Part shown: positions 10,100 through 18,900 of the stretch, one piece after another
Layout of the letters: every line of letters begins with the position of its first letter
Position numbering within the stretch: position 1 is the first letter of the stretch
Source: Candidatus Yonathbacteria bacterium
GTDB lineage: Bacteria > Patescibacteriota > Minisyncoccia > Phycocordibacterales > JACNGX01
Direction: 5' to 3'
Assembly: GCA_013334825.1 (NCBI GenBank)
Contig: JAAXWR010000001.1
Coordinates: forward strand, 11,769-75,768
DNA: 64,000 nucleotides
Program-made: the position numbers and the translations under genes
Notes under the pieces: generated by a model
What the model saw: only the letters and a program-made list of their open reading frames with translations
Databases searched by the model: none
What the model was told of the DNA's origin: nothing

Positions 10100-10866
10100 T
10101 GAAATATATTGACATTCACTCTCATCTTCACGACGAACCATTTGACCACGACCGCATGGAGGTTCTTGGACGTATGCGAGATGAGAGTCTCGGTACGATT
10201 ACTGTTGGGACGGGGCTTGTGTCATCGCGTAAAGCGGTTGCTCTTGCGGAAAAAGAAGCAGATATATGGGCGAGTATCGGGGTGCATCCGAACGATGACC
10301 CATGTGAGGAATTTGATATGGGCGCATTCACAGGTCTTGCGAGTAATCCGAATGTCGTTGCGATTGGAGAGTGTGGATTTGATTTTTTTAAAACCGATAA
10401 GGATATGGATTATGAACGACAAAGAATACTGTTTGAACAGCACCTTGTGCTTGCTGAAAAGACAGGGCTTCCTCTCATGCTTCATGTTCGCGATGCGTAT
10501 GAAGAAACACTCGAAGTGCTGGGGACATGTAAAGGAAACCTGAAAGGAAATGTACACTTTTTTGCTGGAGATATATCTATCGCAAAACGTTTTCTCGATA
10601 TTGGCTTTACATGTTCGTTCACAGGCGTTATCTCGTTTACCCGAGATTATGATGATATCGTTCGATATATCCCTGACGATATGATACATGCTGAAACTGA
10701 CGCGCCGTACGTTACCCCCGTGCCATATCGTGGTAAACGGAATGAACCGGCATATGTCAAGTTTGTTGCTGAACGTATCGGAGAAATAAAAGCGTGGAAA
10801 CCAGAGTATCAAGAAAAAACACTTTTACAAAATGCGACTCGAGTATTTCTTAAAAACATTGAATAA
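10099..10866 (+). CDS. tatD: TatD family hydrolase/DNase
   Basis: DIHSH, GVHP, AIGECGFD, LHVRDA, ETDAPY, RGKRNEP. Confidence 0.93.
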   Translation: MKYIDIHSHLHDEPFDHDRMEVLGRMRDESLGTITVGTGLVSSRKAVALAEKEADIWASIGVHPNDDPCEEFDMGAFTGLASNPNVVAIGECGFDFFKTDKDMDYERQRILFEQHLVLAEKTGLPLMLHVRDAYEETLEVLGTCKGNLKGNVHFFAGDISIAKRFLDIGFTCSFTGVISFTRDYDDIVRYIPDDMIHAETDAPYVTPVPYRGKRNEPAYVKFVAERIGEIKAWKPEYQEKTLLQNATRVFLKNIE

Positions 10867-11042
10867 TAAAAGGTTTTATAGGTTTCGTGTTCATGCCCCA
10901 TTTTTTATGAGGAGAGGTGTCGTGTGCTAAACATTCATACGTTAACCTCCCGAGAAATGTTGAAATATAAAGAAATCTCGGTCATCCGAGTTATCCACGA
11001 AAAAGGGTCAACAGGGGTGTGGAAAAGATATATAATAATGTA

Positions 11043-11858
11043 ATGGAGGAGACTCTGTGTATTGAAGGAAAAACATATATGGCGTCTTCCTCCGCAGCGA
11101 AAATGGTGGGGTATGCTTCTGATTATGTGGGACAACTCTGTCGCGGAGGTAAAGTTGAGGCAATACGTGTTGGACGTGTGTGGTTTGTTAATATTGCATC
11201 TCTTACCGCATATAGCACATCAACTGACATGCGCACGTCGCGTCAGTCTCCTTTATCATCAGAACACATTTCTTCCACAAAAATGTTTTCTGAGAAGAGT
11301 TTTTTGAGTGATGCCGTAAAATCAGGATTTTCGACATGTATTGAAAGCGTCTTTGCAATCCTTGTGTGTTGTGCATTGTTTGTTGTGGGGATGCGTACTT
11401 TCTCGGGAAATAGTGTTATGACACTCCCAACAATACCACCTAATGTATTTGCTTTTTCCGAGCACGTCATTTCAGAGGATGTGTCCGCAATAGTAAGTCT
11501 TTCAGGAGGACAAATGCATTTGGGGTTTGGTCAGAGCATTGCCGTTATGATATATCGAGGCATAGAATTGTTAGCTTCTGGTGTGCGCATTGTACTCGGG
11601 AAGGCGTTGTATGCTTCTTTAAATATTCTTGGTTTTGGAGTTCCAGAAGGTGTCATTTCAGATCATGTGATGGTTGTTGTACCAGCTGCAGTGAGTGAGG
11701 CAGATAATGAAGAGATGAAAGAAAAAATAAAACAATCATTCTCTGACCCTGTGGATGTGGCAGTTGAAGATGATGGAACAGGTATTATTACGCCAGTCTT
11801 TAAGAGCGGTAAGGAAGACAATTATATGTTTGTTATGGTTCCAGTGGGAGGGGAATGA
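11043..11858 (+). CDS. Hypothetical protein: N-terminal excisionase/MerR-like HTH plus TM segment
   Basis: SSAAKMVGYASDYVGQLCRGGKVEAIRVGRVWFV; central TM; TATAAT lies 6 nt before ATG 11043. Confidence 0.7.
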   Translation: MEETLCIEGKTYMASSSAAKMVGYASDYVGQLCRGGKVEAIRVGRVWFVNIASLTAYSTSTDMRTSRQSPLSSEHISSTKMFSEKSFLSDAVKSGFSTCIESVFAILVCCALFVVGMRTFSGNSVMTLPTIPPNVFAFSEHVISEDVSAIVSLSGGQMHLGFGQSIAVMIYRGIELLASGVRIVLGKALYASLNILGFGVPEGVISDHVMVVVPAAVSEADNEEMKEKIKQSFSDPVDVAVEDDGTGIITPVFKSGKEDNYMFVMVPVGGE

Positions 11859-12055
11859 TTCCTCATCGATATGTCTGTGAACAGATATATCGATGAGGGT
11901 TCGTTCTACAGAGAAAAATGCAAGGTCGATGCACCAATCTATGAATACCCCCAAAAAATAACGTGAATATTCCGCACCACGAGGGAATGTTCATGTCGCA
12001 TAAGAACACTGTCATTTGTGTGACAGTTATTAATCAAAATATTATTTTTATCGTT

Positions 12056-12697
12056 ATGTATATATTTAAATTATTTTTTTCATCAGCGACGATAATGGCG
12101 CTCATGTTGACGCTAGTGTATCCTGCGCTTGAACCAGTGATTGTACGTGCCCAAGTTACAGATACGGTTGTTGTAACGCAGACAGTTGATGCTGGGATCG
12201 CTATTTCGTCACCAAGTGATATCACGATGACGCATCTCTCTACCACGCAAAATAGTGCTGTGGGGAGTGCTACGTGGACAGTTACGACGAACAATCAAGC
12301 TGGATATACACTTGATGTACACGCATCAACTGATCCAGCACTTCAAAGTGGATCAGAGCAATTTACTGATTATACAGAGACATCCGCAGGTGTTCCTGAA
12401 GTCTGGAATGTGGTTAGTGCATATGAATTCGGGTTCTCCGCGTATGGGACACATGTGCCTGCTGCGTGGGACACTAATACTGCTACAGATTGTATTGAGG
12501 GGGCGAATGTTCCAGGTGTAGACCTTCGATGGTTGGGATTTAATGGGACGACCGATATTGAGGTGGCGTCATCTTCTTCTGAAACAGGAACTTCAGGAAT
12601 TGCATCTACTATATGTGTGGCAACAGAACAAGATGGAGTCTTCGCACCCTCCGGTGTTTACACTGCCACTATCACAGCGACTGCGACAACTCAATAA
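12056..12697 (+). CDS. Secreted WxL/pilin-like beta protein, paralog 1
   Basis: Signal peptide; VTTNNQAGYTL, YEFGF, C-terminal APSGVYTATITATA. Confidence 0.7.
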   Translation: MYIFKLFFSSATIMALMLTLVYPALEPVIVRAQVTDTVVVTQTVDAGIAISSPSDITMTHLSTTQNSAVGSATWTVTTNNQAGYTLDVHASTDPALQSGSEQFTDYTETSAGVPEVWNVVSAYEFGFSAYGTHVPAAWDTNTATDCIEGANVPGVDLRWLGFNGTTDIEVASSSSETGTSGIASTICVATEQDGVFAPSGVYTATITATATTQ

Positions 12698-13669
12698 ATG
12701 TTTACTGATATGAAAACTCATACAGTTTTAAAAAAGAATATGTATTTTTTTGGATTGTTCATCGTAAGTATGTTGTTGTTTCCTGGATTTGTGAGTGCGT
12801 ACACAATTACTCATATAGGTGCTTCAATACGAGGGGACTTTGTCCTTGAGCCAGCAAAGATTGAACTCTTCACTAATCCTGGGCATGAGTCAGTTACTGA
12901 ACTTCAGGTAACGAATCGAACTGATGATACGCTTACTTTCTCTGTATCAATCGAAGACATGTCTGGTTCTGATGATCCGATGCGCCCAGTGCTTTTGCTC
13001 GGTGATAAACAGGGGCCGTACTCTCTTCGTGATTACATTAAGCCAGAGATTGATACCTTTACGCTCAAATCAGGCGAACGGATAACATTACCGGTGACTA
13101 TCTCGATTCCCTTGGATGCCGAGCCAGGGGGATTATATGGCAGTGTGTTGTTCGAAAGTCGAAGTATTGGTCAAAGTGAAGAGGCGTCTCGAACAATATC
13201 GCGTCTCGGAGCACTCCTTTTTGTTCGTGTAAATGGAGATGTTGCAGAGAGCGGTGCACTTGAAGATTTTCGTGTATCGGGTGGATCCCCTGTCTCTTTT
13301 ACACAAGAGCCAATCGGATTTGAAATGTTGTATCGAAACAGCGGATCAGTGCACGTTAACCCGTACGGTATGATTACGGTACGAAATTTGTTCGGACTTA
13401 CTGTTGGAGAAATTGAAGTGACTCCATATTACGCGATGCCAGAATCACTTCGATATCGAAAAGTCATGTGGGAACATGGACCTCTTTTCGGATACTATAC
13501 GGCGACGCTTGAACAAAATCGTGGATACGATGATATCGTTGATACTCGTACACTTTCATTTGGTGTGTTGCCATGGAGAGAATCTCTTATCGCATTTATT
13601 CTTATCCTATTTGTTATCTTTGGAGGACGATGGATAATTACAACATTTGAATTTAAGCGTAAGAAATAA
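12698..13669 (+). CDS. DUF916-like (WxL-partner/chaperone-like) membrane-anchored protein
   Basis: Signal peptide; IPLDAEPGGLYGSVLF, NSGSVHVNPYG; C-terminal TM with basic tail. Confidence 0.7.
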   Translation: MFTDMKTHTVLKKNMYFFGLFIVSMLLFPGFVSAYTITHIGASIRGDFVLEPAKIELFTNPGHESVTELQVTNRTDDTLTFSVSIEDMSGSDDPMRPVLLLGDKQGPYSLRDYIKPEIDTFTLKSGERITLPVTISIPLDAEPGGLYGSVLFESRSIGQSEEASRTISRLGALLFVRVNGDVAESGALEDFRVSGGSPVSFTQEPIGFEMLYRNSGSVHVNPYGMITVRNLFGLTVGEIEVTPYYAMPESLRYRKVMWEHGPLFGYYTATLEQNRGYDDIVDTRTLSFGVLPWRESLIAFILILFVIFGGRWIITTFEFKRKK

Positions 13670-13700
13670 TTGTATTCAAGATTTGGTACACACATTCTTC

Positions 13701-14483
13701 ATGACCACATGTATGCACACAGAAATAAAAAGATGTTCCGGACATATGCATGTACGCATAGCTCTCATCTGCTGTCTTTTGTGTGCTCCTGTTGCGTTTG
13801 CTGCGGTAATGGAAAGTGACTCGTATCGTATGAGTGCGGATAGTGTGAATATCGGAGGGGCGTTTGGTGAGAGTGATTCATATCACATAGAGGATACAGT
13901 CGGTGAGATTGCGACGGGAGATTCGGGAAGTACATCATATCGTCTTCATGCGGGGTATCAACAGATGCATGGATCAATGATATCAGTAACACCTGGATCT
14001 GATGTAAATCTCAGTGCACTTTCTATGGCACAGAACTCGGCTGTTGCGTCAACTTCTTGGGTCGTAACAACTGACAATACTGCAGGATATATATTTTCAG
14101 TTCGAGCTTCTTCCGTTCCAGCACTCATTGATGGAGGAACAAATGAATCATTTACTGATTATACCGATGGGGGAGTTCCCGAGAGTTGGAATGTTACCGG
14201 AGCTTACGAATTTGGTTTTTCGGGATATGGAGGAAATGTTGAAACAGCAACATGGGGAATGGACATAGGGCCTGATTGTATCGAGACTCCCAATGTTCCG
14301 TCCGCAGGACTCAATTGGCTTGGTTTTGAAGGCACAAATGATATTCTTCTTGCATCTTCAGAATATAGAACTGATGAAGCGGGAGAGTCCACTGTTATGT
14401 GTGTTGCCACACAACAGAATGGGGTCTTTGCGCCGTCGGGTACGTATACGGCAACAGTGACAGCTACCGCTGTCGCGCAATGA
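13701..14483 (+). CDS. Secreted WxL/pilin-like beta protein, paralog 2
   Basis: Clearly similar to 12056-12697 (WVVTTDNTAGY, YEFGFSGYG, CVATQQNGVFAPSGTYTATVTATA); start uncertain. Confidence 0.7.
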   Translation: MTTCMHTEIKRCSGHMHVRIALICCLLCAPVAFAAVMESDSYRMSADSVNIGGAFGESDSYHIEDTVGEIATGDSGSTSYRLHAGYQQMHGSMISVTPGSDVNLSALSMAQNSAVASTSWVVTTDNTAGYIFSVRASSVPALIDGGTNESFTDYTDGGVPESWNVTGAYEFGFSGYGGNVETATWGMDIGPDCIETPNVPSAGLNWLGFEGTNDILLASSEYRTDEAGESTVMCVATQQNGVFAPSGTYTATVTATAVAQ

Positions 14484-15883
14484 TGACATGTTGTTCTTTG
14501 AGAACTATGGATACCACTTCAAGACAACACATGAAAAAAAAAGCCATTCATGTGGCCATAAGTTTTTTCTTCGTGTTGAATTACATGGGAATGACCCCAT
14601 TGCATCTTTTTGCCGCAACGGATAGTGACATTCTTCTTATTCGTCAACAGGTGGGGGATAGTATTGTGCCTCCACCACCATCTTCACTGGGAGGGGGTGG
14701 AGGGACATTTCTTGCCCCAGAACTTTCTATCACCAATGTACGTACTGATGCACACACGACGGATGTTGTCGTTTCGTGGACGACAAGCATCTTTTCGACG
14801 GCCGTACTCACATGGGGGACAGAGGGTGTGTATGGCAAAGGACAATCGGCCGAAGTTGTCCCTTCAATGGAACATACGATGTCGATTGATGGGTTGTCAC
14901 CAGGTACTCAATACGCATTGTCTTTGCGAGTGACAGATATATACGGGAGAGTGGTTACTGTTGAAGGAGTGTTATTGAGAACAGAACGTCTTCCTGACAG
15001 TATTCCTCCAGCGAACGTATCTGATTTCACAGCGATATATCAAGATGAAGGGGTCATGCTCTCATGGGATAATCCTCCTGACACTGATTTCAAGCGTGTA
15101 CGCATTGTGCGGTCAGACATGTTTTTCCCTGAGGATCCATATGATGGACTTGTTGTGTATGAGGGGCGTAAGGAATTTGCACGCGATACATGGGTTGACT
15201 TAGGAACGACGTATTATTATACGGCATTTGCAGAAGACAACACAGGGAATTATGCATCGGGCGCACTTGCTCGTATCCGTATTCCACGTTCTCTCGACGA
15301 AGTGTTTGTTCCTGAGACAGATGAGGGTGATATGTTTGGTGGCATTGAGATACTTCCCGAATACGGTGAAGTTCCGGAAGAAATAAAAACACTTTCATTT
15401 CAAGACTTTCGTTTTGTGCAGTTTGGAAAAGACGTAGAAAGAAATGGGAATACACTTGTCATTGATGCGTCAGGAAATCTTCAAATTCTTCTCGGGTATG
15501 ACTCTGTTCCAGAAGTGTTAAAGACAATCGGGGTGACTCTTGTTGATCCAAATGACCCATCGAAAGTATTTCCATTTTTGTTGCGCCGTGACACAGAAGG
15601 TGATGCATACAGCGCGACACTCGCTCCGCTCACGCGTCCAGGCGTATATCGTATTTCTGCGACAGTGCTTGATTATAAACATCAAGTACTCAAACGATTC
15701 GAAGGAAAACTTATTGTTCCTGGGACAATCGAAACAGAGAGCTTTCCCGCGTTTATAGGTGTTTGTGATTATTGTACAAAAGAGCTGAATGGTTGGCGAT
15801 TTCTTTTCTGTTATGGTTGGATAGCTCTCATACTCATATTGATACTCCTTATGCGTCGGAAAAAAAAGAAGAAAAATTATTGA
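14480..15883 (+). CDS. Fibronectin type III domain surface protein with C-terminal TM
   Basis: VVVSWTT...GLSPGTQY, LSWDNP...YYYTAFAED; C-terminal TM plus RRKKKKK. Confidence 0.75.
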   Translation: MMTCCSLRTMDTTSRQHMKKKAIHVAISFFFVLNYMGMTPLHLFAATDSDILLIRQQVGDSIVPPPPSSLGGGGGTFLAPELSITNVRTDAHTTDVVVSWTTSIFSTAVLTWGTEGVYGKGQSAEVVPSMEHTMSIDGLSPGTQYALSLRVTDIYGRVVTVEGVLLRTERLPDSIPPANVSDFTAIYQDEGVMLSWDNPPDTDFKRVRIVRSDMFFPEDPYDGLVVYEGRKEFARDTWVDLGTTYYYTAFAEDNTGNYASGALARIRIPRSLDEVFVPETDEGDMFGGIEILPEYGEVPEEIKTLSFQDFRFVQFGKDVERNGNTLVIDASGNLQILLGYDSVPEVLKTIGVTLVDPNDPSKVFPFLLRRDTEGDAYSATLAPLTRPGVYRISATVLDYKHQVLKRFEGKLIVPGTIETESFPAFIGVCDYCTKELNGWRFLFCYGWIALILILILLMRRKKKKKNY

Positions 15884-15901
15884 TGTAGTTTTTACAAGAA
15901 C

Positions 15902-18900
15902 ATGTATATACCACGCACACGATATATAGTAATGTTTGTAACATTTCTCATAGGAGTGAGTGCTTTTGTTGTGGTGCGTGCGGCATTTAATCCAGAGATA
16001 AATTATCAAGGGAAACTTACGAATACGAGTAACGTCGCGGTGAATAATGGAGACTATAATATACGTTTTCGTCTGTATACCGTTCCGTCGGGCGGTTCTC
16101 CACTATGGACGGAGACGCTCTGTTATTCTCCTGATGCGGGAACTACGTGTGACGGAACAGGTGTCGACAATCGTCCTGAGATTTCGAGTGGTTTATTTTC
16201 TGTACTGCTAGGTGCTGTGTCATCGCTCGCGTCTGTTAATTTTGATCAGACACTCTATTTGGGTGTTGAGATTGGAGGATCCAGCTCAACGCCGACCTGG
16301 GACGGCGAAATGACCCCGCGTAAAAAACTCGGTGCGGTCCCTGCTGCATTTGAAGCAGGGAGACTTGATGGAATTGACTCAGCATCGTTCTTGCGTTCAG
16401 ATGAGCCAGATACAATGGCAGTAACGTCTGCATCGACAGCTCTTACTATCACTCAGTCAGGAACAGGAGATATCCTAAATATCAACGACGGCGCAAGTGA
16501 AGTGTTCACCATCCTTGATGGTGGCAATGTCGGCATTGGCACCATTACCCCTGGTCAAAAACTCACCGTTGACGGCACCCTCGGTATTTTGGAAGGAGGC
16601 ACGACCCCGACGTACCACACGATATTCCAAGGGGGAGATCAGGCAGGTGATGTTACGTATACACTACCGACCGCACAAGCAGGAGGGAGCGGCTATGTGC
16701 TTTCTAATAATGGATCAGGAATTTTGTCGTGGGTTGCTGGAGGGGGTGGAGGAGGTATGGCAATCGGCGGAGCAGTGACTTCAGGGACTTTAGGTTCCAT
16801 ACTTTTTGTTGATGCATCGGGAAATCTTGCACAAGACAATACGAATTTCTTTTGGAATAACACTGATAAAAGATTGGGTATCGGGACGAATACGCCAAAC
16901 GAAGCACTGGATGTAAATGGTACGATTCAAGCAAAAAAAATCCTATTTTATGACGATACCATTACAGGCAAAACTCACAGCAACATCTCTTTTTCGGAAA
17001 CGGAAGTATCCCCAACAGTTACAGATCTTTTGCTTGATTCTGATACAGGAACTGACTTTCGGTTTATAATGGATCATGTATATGAGATAGATTTTGGCAC
17101 ACCTCCTGGAGGTATGAGCGGTTTTTCAAATGCTATAACACTTGGGACGACCGGGACTTCGAGTTTGCGCTTTAATAGCGGTCCGCAGATATACGGTGGT
17201 GTCGGGGATGCGTTGTACCTGGATAGCTATCACGGCACTCTTGTTTCTAATAACAGTGGTGATATCGTTCGTTTTGGGACCAGTAGTGCTAATACAGACA
17301 CGTATTTTTATGGAAATGTCGGTATCGGCACCGCCGTCCCCGATCGTCGTCTCGACGTCCTCGATGCCACAAACCCTCAGCTCCGTCTCACCTACACCGA
17401 CGGCTCGGTGTACACTGATTTTCAGACAACTTCTGCTGGTGATTTATATATAAATCCATCGGGTGGTAGTGTTGGTATCGGGACTGCACTCCCGACTTAT
17501 CCACTGGAAGTTAGTGGAGGAAATCTTGGAGCACAAATGAAGATAACACATTCTGGCGTTGGTTATGCCCCCGCAAGTATTTTATTGGAAGAAGAAACTG
17601 ATTTTGGAAGAGGACAAGGCATTTACCAGCATAGTGTTCCCGATGGCGACTCTTGGTTTTCTGGTGTTCCCTATGGAGCTGATGGAGATTTGTGGGGTGT
17701 CTTCTATAAAAATGATGTGGTGTGGGATCCTAGTGTAGCCTCTACCGCATATTCTGTTCTTAGAGTTGAGAAAAGCGGAAACATAGGACTTAATACTTCT
17801 GCTTATTTAAATTGGGGTGAGATTGGAACGAGCGGATATGGTCTTCGAGATAATGGAGGAGTAATGCAATATAAAAATTCTAGTGGTTCATGGACAAATC
17901 TTTCTGCCGGCGGTGGAGGCATGGCAATTGGAAGTGCTGTAACGTCAGGGACTTCTGGCTCTGTACTTTTTGTTGATGCATCGGGAAATCTTGCACAAGA
18001 CAATACGAATTTCTTTTGGAATAACACTGATAAGAGATTGGGTATCGGGACGAATACTCCTGCATATGATTTGGATGTGGCAGGAAGCGGATATTTTAGA
18101 TCAAAGAGCGGATTAAGTACTGTTACAGAAAGTTTTGAAGGGGTGACGTTTCCCCCAACTAGTTGGACAACAGGAGGTGATGCGAACTGGACAAGAACAA
18201 CAGCGGAAGCACAAGAGAGTGCGGCATCCGCAAATTCAGGGACAATAACAAACAGTCAAATTGCATGGATTGATCGTGATTATACATTTACCACAACAGG
18301 GGAGGTAAAATTCTACTGGAAAGTAAGTTCAGAGACAGCATATGATTACCTCTTGTTTTGTGCTGACAACGATTTATCATGTACAGATAGTTCGTATACG
18401 CAGCGTATTTCAGGCGAGGTTGACTGGGTTGAAGTGACATATGTTGTATCAACACCTGGTGTACATAGTTTTCGTTGGGTTTATTCAAAAGATTCTGGAG
18501 ATCCAGGAGTTTTTCCTTGGTCAGATGAAGGATGGATTGATAATGTGCGTTTTATAGAATCAACAGGAATATCTGGTGGTAATGTGTTTGCTGAAGGGTA
18601 TCTTTCCACAGGAGATAGTGGAGTGTTTATAGGATCTTCCACAAATGATCGAGGGAGTATTTTATATGATACAACGAATAATATTCTTGCATTTGATACG
18701 GATTCGGTTACAAATGCTGACGTTTCGTTCTTTTCCGATAATTTATATATTGATAAATCAACAGAATATATCGGCATTGGTGATGTGACACCCGATTCCG
18801 TTCTCGATATCCTCTCTGCCACCGCTTCCAACACCCAACTCTCCATCGGAAACACTAATGCCGGAGACTATGACCCACAAATCGGGTTCCAGCTCGCCGA

